From contig JAJYJW010000002.1 of NCBI GenBank assembly GCA_021789155.1, positions 1-58,697 on the forward strand: a DNA stretch of 58,697 bases. The letters run 5' to 3'. Made by a program: the position numbers and the translations under genes. Source of the DNA: Candidatus Micrarchaeota archaeon. Its GTDB lineage: Archaea > Micrarchaeota > Micrarchaeia > Micrarchaeales > CABMGC01. The notes beneath the pieces were generated by a model. That model saw only the letters and a list, made by a program, of their open reading frames with translations. It had not been told where the DNA came from and made no database searches. Below, piece after piece: positions 1-8,420 of the stretch. Within the stretch, counting starts at the first letter, position 1, and each line of letters starts with the position of its first letter.

Positions 1-1
1 T

Positions 2-169
2 TCTGCGATGCAGGCAGAGGCACATTCTTTGAAGGCAAAATCTTCCACGCTTTCAAACGAGGAAAAAAGACGCATCAGTGAGAAAAACGAAGATGTTCTA
101 CTTTACTTCAACGTAAAGGCTGCAGAATTGAGCGTTTCATTCTTCAAAACCAAAAAACCTGAACGATGA
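2..169 (+). CDS. hypothetical protein, 3' fragment running off the window start
   Basis: Frame open from window edge to TGA 167-169 (...EEKRRISEKNEDVLLYFNVKAAELSVSFFKTKKPER*); below ORF-track size cutoff; no domain recognised. Confidence 0.25.
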   Translation, partial: SAMQAEAHSLKAKSSTLSNEEKRRISEKNEDVLLYFNVKAAELSVSFFKTKKPER

Positions 170-208
170 GTAGGAAACACTTAAAAACATCTAGACTGTA
201 TTACGAAC

Positions 209-736
209 GTGAGTAACATGGTCGTAAAAAACATAGTTAGGTCTGTAAAAAATAAGAAACTCACCGGAAGCAGTATGGGTCAGAATTCTCTAGCAGTTGC
301 ATTATGGCTTGATTGCGGGGGTTCAAAAGTTTCATCAAAATCCAGAGAGATAAAGAAAGCATATAGAAACAAGTTGAATAATCTTGAATTCGCTGACAAT
401 TATCATATTTCCATATTCGATTCTAATGTGGATGCGGTTTCGAGGAAAATATACCGCGGATCTATAAGCCAACTTTCAGAAGTTCTCAAAAGTAAACAAA
501 CTAATTTCAGCAAGAAAGCCGTTTTTCCAATGAAACTTTTGTCAGAGATAAAGTTTCGCAAAAGCTTATCGAAAGCGAAGAAAGGCATAGATGCTAGGAT
601 TCGCAATTACATAGACGGTTTTCTTGTTCCACTAGAGAGCAAAATAAAGAATGCGAATAGCGTGGAAGACCTAGAAAAGGTGTTCGTGTCTTCAATGTCA
701 GAAGAGGGCTACAAGCTTGCATTGCGCGGAATATAG
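209..736 (+). CDS. hypothetical protein (ORFan, Lys/Ser-rich)
   Basis: 175-aa ORF with protein-like charged composition; antisense ORFs 403-606 and 594-803 look like shadow frames; no motif recognised. Confidence 0.5.
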   Translation: MSNMVVKNIVRSVKNKKLTGSSMGQNSLAVALWLDCGGSKVSSKSREIKKAYRNKLNNLEFADNYHISIFDSNVDAVSRKIYRGSISQLSEVLKSKQTNFSKKAVFPMKLLSEIKFRKSLSKAKKGIDARIRNYIDGFLVPLESKIKNANSVEDLEKVFVSSMSEEGYKLALRGI

Positions 737-784
737 CTGCCGCACGTTTATTAGCTTTGAAGTTGAAATCGATTAGGGTAGTGT

Positions 785-1480
785 ATGACATCATATAGGG
801 CATTGGAAAGGTATGATAGCGTAGCCGTGTTCGGCGATTTAAATGAAAACGTTACCAGGAACAGAATAACCTCTGTTTTACGAGGCGTTGAAAACCTCCT
901 TAAATACGAATGGGAACAGGAGGTAAAAGGAGTGAAAACAGAACGCATGAAAATTGCAGAACTTCGCGCTCCGGAATTTTCTCGAGCTTATCCATCTCAA
1001 TTGAAATTGCTTTTGGTCGGTTCGAACAAGGAAGTAGAACTCATGAATAATGAAGTCAAAAACTTCAAACCGTTGAATGTCAGCATATTCAAGTTAAACG
1101 GATCAAAAGATACTAACGGCAATGTTAAAAGGTGCGTAGATTTCGCACTGGCGCATGAAGAGAGTGTTGCCATGATAACATTTCCAAAAGAAGCCATGAA
1201 GGCGGAACAGGATTTACGTGCTTATCTGAGATCATTTAATGATGCAAGTGGCGTATTGGGCGAGCCTACCGGATCAGAAACGAGTCCGTTCGGCATATTC
1301 GGTCACGATGAAAAACTAGGCGCAACTAGGAGAATCATCGCAACAGTACTTATCGCATTCAACAAATTGGAATTATGGTTAAGATACGCGCATCCTAACG
1401 CATTCAATTATATCCAAAACAAATCAACCGGTATCAAGAATAATGCGTATGGCGCTAAGGAAAAACATGTCTATGATTAA
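785..1480 (+). CDS. hypothetical protein (ORFan)
   Basis: 231-aa ORF, balanced composition, no recognisable motif; antisense ORFs are short and low-complexity. Confidence 0.55.
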   Translation: MTSYRALERYDSVAVFGDLNENVTRNRITSVLRGVENLLKYEWEQEVKGVKTERMKIAELRAPEFSRAYPSQLKLLLVGSNKEVELMNNEVKNFKPLNVSIFKLNGSKDTNGNVKRCVDFALAHEESVAMITFPKEAMKAEQDLRAYLRSFNDASGVLGEPTGSETSPFGIFGHDEKLGATRRIIATVLIAFNKLELWLRYAHPNAFNYIQNKSTGIKNNAYGAKEKHVYD

Positions 1481-1521
1481 AGTTTATAAATCAAATACCA
1501 CAATAGATATTTCATGATTTT

Positions 1522-1656
1522 ATGAATAATAAAGACAATGAACTGAAGAAAGCCGTAAGGATGAATGAAATAAATACAGTTTTGTCTATGGTAAGAATGC
1601 TTCCAAGAGAAGATTCATCTTCAGAGCTCAACAGAAGAATAAACAAAGTTCACTAG
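1522..1656 (+). CDS. possible small protein (44 aa)
   Basis: ATG 1522 to TAG 1654-1656 (MNNKDNELKKAVRMNEINTVLSMVRMLPREDSSSELNRRINKVH), directly followed by hairpin plus T-tract; not in ORF track (<60 aa). Confidence 0.25.
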   Translation: MNNKDNELKKAVRMNEINTVLSMVRMLPREDSSSELNRRINKVH

Positions 1657-1668
1657 TTCTCTATTTTT

Positions 1669-1701
1669 CGTTCAGCTTTTTGCTGAACGTACTCTTTTTT
1701 T
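1669..1701 (+). terminator. hairpin plus oligo-T, terminator-like
   Basis: cgttcagc-ttttt-gctgaacg (perfect 8-bp stem) followed by tactcttttttt. Confidence 0.4.
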
Positions 1702-1778
1702 CAACATTATCTTGAATAAATTAACGATGGGCAGTTTAGACTTATAAACAAAAGTTCCTCAATACATATGGGGCGAAC

Positions 1779-2570
1779 ATGAGAATTATAACGATTAGAA
1801 GAAATGCTTCAAAAAACGCACCCGTGCTCAAAGGAGCATCAAATTACTGCAAATTTTGTAGGGTTGAAGTTAATCAGAGAGCAGAAATGAACCGGGTTGA
1901 GAGAATGAAGATAAAAATACCATTTGTTAAAATTGAAAAGGACAGCCACAAAGAATGTAAAAAATATATCGAATCTGCAAAAAGAAACACAAATAAGGTA
2001 GAAGAACCGGCAGAGGTAATTCAGTATAATTCGAATGTGGCTATTGCGCTGTCTGCCACAAATCTAGAATTCTGGACGTTTCCTGTGGAAAACGGTAAAT
2101 GGCGCTGCAAATTTACTGCAAAGAAGCACCAGGTAAAAACAGCGGCGAAGAATTCAAAAACAAACAAATTATTGCAGATGCTTTACTACTCAAGGAAGCA
2201 GAAAAAGGATTTAGACTACTTGATGAACGTGCTGATAAAAGAGGGAAGAATCGAACCTAAAGATGTAACATATCTTGATATTAGCGGGTTGGACCTTACC
2301 TCAATGCCAAAGAACACATACAAATTCGTGAACTTAAAGGGCATCTTCCTTGCAAATAACAAGATAAAGGAACTTCCGAATGAAATAAAAAGTCTAAAGA
2401 AGTTAAACTGGCTCAACATAAGCTCAAATCCGAACATCCAGATATCAGATGTAATAAACGAACTGAAACACCTTAGCAGATTGGAGATAAACAAAGATGT
2501 TTTGGAAAAGGAAATTAAGATGGGTTTGCTTGCAAATGGAGTGAAACTCATTCATCCTGATTTCGAATAG
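1779..2570 (+). CDS. leucine-rich repeat (LRR) protein
   Basis: C-terminal 23-residue LRR units: VTYLDISGLDLTSMPKNTYKFVN / LKGIFLANNKIKELPNEIKSLKK / LNWLNISSNPNIQISDVINELKH / LSRLEINKD (LxxLxLxxNxIxxLPxxI pattern); N-terminal half basic, unrecognised. Confidence 0.65.
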   Translation: MRIITIRRNASKNAPVLKGASNYCKFCRVEVNQRAEMNRVERMKIKIPFVKIEKDSHKECKKYIESAKRNTNKVEEPAEVIQYNSNVAIALSATNLEFWTFPVENGKWRCKFTAKKHQVKTAAKNSKTNKLLQMLYYSRKQKKDLDYLMNVLIKEGRIEPKDVTYLDISGLDLTSMPKNTYKFVNLKGIFLANNKIKELPNEIKSLKKLNWLNISSNPNIQISDVINELKHLSRLEINKDVLEKEIKMGLLANGVKLIHPDFE

Positions 2571-2580
2571 GTGAAAATAT

Positions 2581-3258
2581 ATGGTAACTAAGATTTCAAT
2601 AAAAAATAAATTCGCTAAATTGTGGAACAATTCAGAGCCTAAAGAAATGGTGGGTATTCTGGCAAAGGACAACGATATGGCAAAGGCATTCCTTGAGCAC
2701 CCATGGAAATTGGTCAATGAACAAAGAGAAAAAGCACTGACAACATTGCATTCGAAGGTAAATCCAAACGGTGGCACTCTAGCTGAAAAACTCGCGCAGA
2801 ATAATGAAACCGCATATTTGCTCATGCAACACTTTCCAGAATTGCTTGAGCAGAGCAAGGAAATGGTGGGTATTCTGGCAAAGGACAACGATATGGCAAA
2901 GGCATTCCTTGAGCACCCATGGAAATTGGTCAATGAACAAAGAGAAAAAGCACTGACAACATTGCATTCGAAGGTAAATCCAAACGGTGGCACTCTAGCT
3001 GAAAAACTCGCGCAGAATAATGAAACCGCATATTTGCTCATGCAACACTTTCCAGAATTGCTTGAGCAGAGCAAGGAAATACACAAATACGTGTCATATT
3101 CTCTGGTGAATTCAATATTCAATTTCGGCATATGGGCGCGTACAAACAAAAACAACCTTTCTGCAAAAGATTATGTTGCAGCCTTGAAGATAGTGAAACA
3201 ACTTAAAGAATTCCAGAACAAACCTGCAGCAAGGGAAAAAGACAAAAGAAGAGAATAG
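2581..3258 (+). CDS. hypothetical protein carrying an exact internal 72-aa duplication
   Basis: 225-aa ORF 10 nt after the LRR gene; the module MVGILAKDNDMAKAFLEHPWKLVNEQREKALTTLHSKVNPNGGTLAEKLAQNNETAYLLMQHFPELLEQSKE occurs twice back to back. Confidence 0.6.
   Translation: MVTKISIKNKFAKLWNNSEPKEMVGILAKDNDMAKAFLEHPWKLVNEQREKALTTLHSKVNPNGGTLAEKLAQNNETAYLLMQHFPELLEQSKEMVGILAKDNDMAKAFLEHPWKLVNEQREKALTTLHSKVNPNGGTLAEKLAQNNETAYLLMQHFPELLEQSKEIHKYVSYSLVNSIFNFGIWARTNKNNLSAKDYVAALKIVKQLKEFQNKPAAREKDKRRE
2644..3075. repeat. perfect tandem duplication, 2 x 216 bp, in frame
   Basis: 2644-2859 and 2860-3075 read identical base for base (gaaatggtgggtattctggcaaaggac ... gagcagagcaag); identity continues 5 nt further (gaaat). 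Confidence 0.95.
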
Positions 3259-3266
3259 GTGTTATT

Positions 3267-3740
3267 TTGCCAAGAGAAAACGTAATTAGCAGACGCAAGT
3301 CAAAGGAAAGCGAAGTGGAATTATCCATTCGTCTTCGGAAGAACAATAAAATCGTTGCAGTACAGGGAAAACTCGTATCATACGCGAATGAGAGAAAAGT
3401 GCTCGAAATACCTGACGAAAAACTTTCAAAATTCAAGGAAGTGCTGCGGAAATACTGCGAAATAGAAAGGGAGATATGGGTTGGTATAAATTCCAAGGTT
3501 ACAGTAACTGGCTCTGCATTCAAGAGACTTGAAAAAAGAGTAGATGAGGCCGTAGCTCTAATGAATAAGGCTATACGACAGAAGGAATTTCACTACGGCA
3601 AGAACCTCCGCTTCGAGTATACGGTTAACAATGTAGACGAGTCGCTAAACATAAGTAGAATGAGCACAGTAATCTGCGCAGTAGCAGGTGCTGCAGTAGA
3701 ACCTTCATTAAGAGAAGATCTGGAATTTTGCTGGAGATGA
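3267..3740 (+). CDS. hypothetical protein (TTG start)
   Basis: 157-aa ORF 8 nt after previous stop, operon-like spacing with 1779-3258; no in-frame ATG near the 5' end, so an alternative start is implied. Confidence 0.5.
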   Translation: MPRENVISRRKSKESEVELSIRLRKNNKIVAVQGKLVSYANERKVLEIPDEKLSKFKEVLRKYCEIEREIWVGINSKVTVTGSAFKRLEKRVDEAVALMNKAIRQKEFHYGKNLRFEYTVNNVDESLNISRMSTVICAVAGAAVEPSLREDLEFCWR

Positions 3741-3803
3741 GCTTATTTCTCAAAACTAGAAAGTATCTACGGTTTCCATTCAGCGTGTTAGCTAACCTTA
3801 AGC

Positions 3804-3851
3804 TATATAAAAGTTTTTATACCAGATTCGTGCCAAAAATATGTAGATTGC
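3804..3851 (+). promoter_or_regulatory. TATA-like promoter region, copy A of a duplicated upstream block
   Basis: tatataaaagtttttataccagatt...aaaaatat..gattgcATG; the same block precedes the paralogue at 4939-4982; the tttttata box lies about 30-38 nt before the ATG, implying a leaderless or short-leader mRNA. Confidence 0.45.
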
Positions 3852-4847
3852 ATGGCAGATGTTAAAGTTGGAAAGAATAGCGTGATTTTGTCAGCTCCAG
3901 TAGTAAGCAATGCCCACGATACAGTACACGAAGGTTATAGGATCGTACCAGTTAACTCAGCAGCTATACCAAAGGTATCTACTTCAAAGGAGCTTACCGT
4001 TGTGAATTATCCTGGAAAACTCGCCATAAGATCTGAACAGGCAAAGGCGATAACAAAAGCAGGTCCCCTAACTTCTCACCAAGCCACCATGGCATTGACA
4101 AATATAACTGGCAATATGGCTAAAGGATCAAGTTTGATCGCACTAGATGCAGCAAGACCTGCGCGATCAGTATCTACGCCACATTCAAGCAGCTCATTTT
4201 CATACCCTCGCGGGACAATGAGTAATGAACAAGTAGAACAATTACAACAAGAACACGTTGCTTCAGGTGTCCGTTCCATAGAACAGATGTCTGAGTATGC
4301 GTCAAAGATACCAACATCCTGCGGAGGAATAATGTCTGCAATGGAACAATGCGACTTGGTTAGATTGCTCATATATGCGTCTAATCCATGTATAGCCAAT
4401 TTTTTGAAAATGCCTGATGAATATGCCAAAGTCTATGCTTTAGCAGTATTACATCTTATTGAAAATGGCACTACTGCAATGGCAAAGGTAAATACAACAA
4501 ACCCAGACTCACGTTTTAAAATAAAACCGCACGAATTTAGTGGCTTTCTGTCTAAAAATGTTAATAAGTTAGACAAGAATCTTAAAGGAAAACCAAAGAA
4601 TTCTTATTGCGATGGCAGTGAGACAGACTGTTTTGAAATACTAAATAAAATCGCAAAGAACACGGAAGGGACAATGAAGCTCGACGCAAAGGGTAGTGAC
4701 ATAATAAATAGCGTTGCCGCATTGGATACACTTTTAGCACTTGCACTTAATAGCGATATCCCAAACCTCCTAAAAATAAAAGCGCAGATAAACCAGTTTA
4801 GGGATTATCGAGATCGCATTGAGAGGCTGGCAAATGCCCATCAATAA
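3852..4847 (+). CDS. hypothetical protein, paralogue A
   Basis: 331 aa; shares blocks with 4983-5975 (SIEQMSEYASKIP, LKMPDEYAKVYALAVLHLIENGTTAMAKVN, NKxLKGKP); no known domain recognised. Confidence 0.6.
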   Translation: MADVKVGKNSVILSAPVVSNAHDTVHEGYRIVPVNSAAIPKVSTSKELTVVNYPGKLAIRSEQAKAITKAGPLTSHQATMALTNITGNMAKGSSLIALDAARPARSVSTPHSSSSFSYPRGTMSNEQVEQLQQEHVASGVRSIEQMSEYASKIPTSCGGIMSAMEQCDLVRLLIYASNPCIANFLKMPDEYAKVYALAVLHLIENGTTAMAKVNTTNPDSRFKIKPHEFSGFLSKNVNKLDKNLKGKPKNSYCDGSETDCFEILNKIAKNTEGTMKLDAKGSDIINSVAALDTLLALALNSDIPNLLKIKAQINQFRDYRDRIERLANAHQ

Positions 4848-4938
4848 CTTTTTTCAGGATTTCCTATCTTTATGGGCATTAAGCTTCGAAATAGTAAGTT
4901 TTTATTAACGCTAACTGATTCCTGTTAATTTAAAACAC

Positions 4939-4982
4939 TATAAGTTTTTATACCAGATTATTATTAAAAATATACGGATTAC
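4939..4982 (+). promoter_or_regulatory. TATA-like promoter region, copy B
   Basis: ctataagtttttataccagatt...aaaaatat..gattacATG, homologous to 3804-3851. Confidence 0.45.
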
Positions 4983-5975
4983 ATGGCGATTATTGCAGAG
5001 AAGAAGGAATATAATAATATCGATACAGGCCATAATGTTGTGAACAAAGAGTATAGCGCAGTGCGGACGAATTCGGTTGTTTTGCCGAAGACATCTTCTC
5101 CTGGAGAGCTTACTCGTACAAATTACTTGGAAAAACTGGAGTTGCTAGCGAAACAGGCAAAGGCGATAACCCAGATAGGTGTTCAAGCTCCCCCTAAACA
5201 AACTCTTAGTGCATTGCTTAACCTTACCGGAAATATGGTGGACGGGGCACGTTTGGCTACTTATGATGCATCTGAATCTAGATCAATATCAGATGACCAA
5301 GCCAGAAGAAATATGCAAGAACGCATAGTTTCAAGTGTCCATTCTATAGAGCAAATATCGGAGTATGCATCGAAGATACCGATCAAATGCGGAAGATCTA
5401 CTGGGGAGAGAAGTGATGAGACCCGATTGCTTATACGCTCCTTTAATTCGTGCATAGATGCGCTTTTGAAAATGCCTGATGAATATGTAAATATCTGTGC
5501 GCCTGCAGTATTACGCATTATAGAAAACGGCACTACTGCAATGGCAAAAGTTAATGCCCAAAATCCAATATCCTCTTTTAAAATACAGCAGAATGAGTTT
5601 AGGAACTTTTTAACTAAAAACACAAAAAAACTAAACAAAATACTTAAAGGAAAGCCTGTAGGTTCCTATTGGAATGGTCGCGAAGCAGATAGTGTTGAAA
5701 GAGTAGATAAAATCACAAGGAATACCAGTGAAGTGATGGCGAAATGCGGTATATTTGCAGGGGCAAGTTGCGAGGCAGCCATAGACAGGCTTTCTCAGTT
5801 CACGCTTGAAAATAACGCCAGGAATACATTACAAATGCGGGCACAAATAGTCCAACTTAAACATGATCTGAAAGATCTTAAAGGTAAAACCAGCGCAATT
5901 AATGGCCATAACAACCAATCAGATAATCATCAGCGTGATATTCTTATTGCAAAGGAAAGAGCGTTATATGACTGA
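4983..5975 (+). CDS. hypothetical protein, paralogue B
   Basis: 330 aa; SIEQISEYASKIP, LKMPDEYVNICAPAVLRIIENGTTAMAKVN and other blocks shared with 3852-4847. Confidence 0.6.
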   Translation: MAIIAEKKEYNNIDTGHNVVNKEYSAVRTNSVVLPKTSSPGELTRTNYLEKLELLAKQAKAITQIGVQAPPKQTLSALLNLTGNMVDGARLATYDASESRSISDDQARRNMQERIVSSVHSIEQISEYASKIPIKCGRSTGERSDETRLLIRSFNSCIDALLKMPDEYVNICAPAVLRIIENGTTAMAKVNAQNPISSFKIQQNEFRNFLTKNTKKLNKILKGKPVGSYWNGREADSVERVDKITRNTSEVMAKCGIFAGASCEAAIDRLSQFTLENNARNTLQMRAQIVQLKHDLKDLKGKTSAINGHNNQSDNHQRDILIAKERALYD

Positions 5976-6107
5976 TTTATGACTTATTCTGTACAGATTT
6001 TGCGAAAATAATATGCCTACTTTATTATTTGCGCAGTTCTGAAATGACTGTTTATTCTTCCAAAACTGGACATAATGCTTTAAAACCCCAGCGAAAAATA
6101 GATATCC

Positions 6108-6824
6108 ATGGTTCAGTATCCTTGGTTGGTATACGTTGATTCTGCGATAGATTCAGACAGAAAAGAAGTAGTTAAAAATATCGAATTAGCGTTTAGGCAT
6201 CTGGAAAGAATCAGCGATGTAAATATACCTCGTAAAGAAGAAAATATGGTAGGAAGAGACACTTTGCTTGAAAGGCCGTTCGAAAACATATTGCATAACG
6301 TGACGTTCAAGGACGTGCTCGTCAACGGCAAATCAGAAGAGGTTTCATTCGATTACTATCTGAGCAGCGCTCTGCACGTCCATAACGACATGCTAAGTTA
6401 CGAGCGAAGAATGCCGGCATTCGGGAATTTGCGATGCAACTATTCATATACGCATGTCTTGTCCCTGGCAGTCATAGCTCCGTATATTATGTCAAAAGTA
6501 GGGAACGTCCTCGCTGGCAACTCTGCCCCCATAAGAGGAAAAGGAAACACTGAAAAACAGCAGCTAGAATGGAATTTCGAGCATGGGGCAGGAGCAACCC
6601 TTTCATATAACTTATCCGAAAACAACGACTACAAAACGCTTAAACTTAATTTCTTGTATACGCTAAAGCACGAGCTTGCGCATACGTATGGGATAAGCCA
6701 TTGCAAAGACAAGGAGTGCATAATGTATCCATACACACTTGTTCAAGATATGAAAGAGCAAGAGATAGATTTCTGCGAAAAACACGAAAAAGACCTAAAA
6801 GAATTCTTGTGGAAGACCTACTGA
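6108..6824 (+). CDS. archaemetzincin-like zinc metalloprotease
   Basis: HELAHTYGISHCKDKECIM fits the archaemetzincin signature HExxHxxGxxHCxxxxCxM; 16 residues later comes CEKH where the family has CxxC. Confidence 0.6.
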   Translation: MVQYPWLVYVDSAIDSDRKEVVKNIELAFRHLERISDVNIPRKEENMVGRDTLLERPFENILHNVTFKDVLVNGKSEEVSFDYYLSSALHVHNDMLSYERRMPAFGNLRCNYSYTHVLSLAVIAPYIMSKVGNVLAGNSAPIRGKGNTEKQQLEWNFEHGAGATLSYNLSENNDYKTLKLNFLYTLKHELAHTYGISHCKDKECIMYPYTLVQDMKEQEIDFCEKHEKDLKEFLWKTY

Positions 6825-6895
6825 ATTCTACAGACAAAGAATAAAAATCTTGTATTTCAATTAGGTACGTAGCATATCCTGAGATGTGATGAAAA

Positions 6896-7525
6896 ATGTC
6901 AGAAAAAACGAACGAACGCTTCATTAAAATGAATGATGTGGCTTCAAGCAATAGGTCCACAGACACCGAATTGTTCGACTTGGTAACAAACATACGTACA
7001 TCTGACGATATTACAAGTGGCCAAAAGATGGAACTCTTCAACCAGGTCCTGCGTAATAATAATGCACAGGAAACAACTGTAGAATATGCACATCACTCTA
7101 AAACAATAGAAGAAAAACAGGATACGGATAAAATGAAAGCTGCAGAATCAAAAATTGCGATTAATGAGCATGCGCCACAAATCAATACAAAGAAAACATC
7201 ACTGTACATCTATATGGCAGTCATGATTGTATGCACCTTTGGCGTTTATGGATTATTGTTGTTATATTTGCAGGGTCATCCCATCAAAGTAGAGATCCGT
7301 GAATCCAAAGGGCATATATTTTCCATGCGAAGGGAAAATGATGATAACCCGCGTGAAAACAAAGAAAATGATGACAATCAGCGTGAAAACAATGTCTCTA
7401 CAGAACACACGCACATTCCAACATTCGGCGAGACAAGCTCCGGCCCTGGAGACAGTGCAAAATGGTTCGAGAATTGGTCCAATAACAATGACCGTTATCG
7501 AGACTGGAGTGATGGCAAGCCTTAA
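6896..7525 (+). CDS. hypothetical single-pass membrane protein
   Basis: One hydrophobic segment (SLYIYMAVMIVCTFGVYGLLLLYL); acidic tail with a 30-nt tandem repeat at 7334-7393 (ENDDNPRENK/ENDDNQRENN). Confidence 0.5.
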   Translation: MSEKTNERFIKMNDVASSNRSTDTELFDLVTNIRTSDDITSGQKMELFNQVLRNNNAQETTVEYAHHSKTIEEKQDTDKMKAAESKIAINEHAPQINTKKTSLYIYMAVMIVCTFGVYGLLLLYLQGHPIKVEIRESKGHIFSMRRENDDNPRENKENDDNQRENNVSTEHTHIPTFGETSSGPGDSAKWFENWSNNNDRYRDWSDGKP

Positions 7526-7571
7526 GTAGAAAGTTTTAATTCTGAATTGCTAGTGTTTGTTTAAGGTTAGT

Positions 7572-8420
7572 TTATCGTTCTAGCTTCAGTGCTTGCAGTA
7601 CCAAACTCTCCAATTTGGCTATTTCTATGTTGTATGGGTATTCGAATCTGCGCAAACTGCGCATTGTAAATCGTTTAATTATTGGAGAATTGCGCCTAGA
7701 TTTAACTGCATTAATTAGATCATCCTTAATTTCTTCCACTTTCTTTGCTGCTTGTTTCATCGCGTCGGTTGCTTCGAAATGTTCTATTTCGGTTGCATTC
7801 CAATCCCATAGTATGCGTTCATTGTTTGTAATTACCCAACGTTCTCTATGCCACTTCGGCAGAGTACATTGTTCTAGTAAAGAGGGCTCAACCTTACTTT
7901 TTATGCTGAAACTGTCATATTCTCCGAATATTTTGGTTGTCGGATCTGCGAGGTATTTCCTGCCTTCTATTTCAAGTTTCACCCAGGAATGAGTTCCAGT
8001 GACTAACGCTATGTTACCTATGGCTATCGTTGAGCCTATGACAATCTCCGACTGAATCCCATGCTCTTTCAATACCTCATGGAGGGCAACTGCCAAGTGC
8101 TTGCACACTCCTTTTTTATTCTTTAAGGCAACATCGAGATCTAGCTGCGTTGCCTCTTTAAGATCGTATTTTATTGATGAATGAACGATATCCATGCATT
8201 CTCTGACTGTTTCTAATGTATCAGTGGCATCTGCAGGCCTAACTTGCGATGCAAGTTCCTTTATGATGGTAATTGCTGTAGCATTAACTTTAACTACGCC
8301 TATTTTCACGGTCTCTTCATTAGAAATTGTCTTTAACATAAAAACACGCACTTGTGTTTGTTCAAAATAAATCGCAGTTTGAAACGTCTTTTCAGTTTCT
8401 CTTCTGCTCTGCATAGTCAT
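7572..8420 (-). CDS. transglutaminase-like cysteine protease superfamily protein
   Basis: Cys-His-Asp core in the expected order and spacing: KKGVCKHLAVAL ... GTHSWVKLEIEGRKYLADPT. Confidence 0.6.
   Translation of the reverse strand: MTMQSRRETEKTFQTAIYFEQTQVRVFMLKTISNEETVKIGVVKVNATAITIIKELASQVRPADATDTLETVRECMDIVHSSIKYDLKEATQLDLDVALKNKKGVCKHLAVALHEVLKEHGIQSEIVIGSTIAIGNIALVTGTHSWVKLEIEGRKYLADPTTKIFGEYDSFSIKSKVEPSLLEQCTLPKWHRERWVITNNERILWDWNATEIEHFEATDAMKQAAKKVEEIKDDLINAVKSRRNSPIIKRFTMRSLRRFEYPYNIEIAKLESLVLQALKLER

Noticed and set aside
7299-7529. 76-aa plus-strand ORF overlapping the 3' part of 6896-7525 in another frame
   Set aside because: It is nested within a longer ORF that has a clear TM segment and a repeat structure. 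The alternative frame arises from the same purine-rich repeat.
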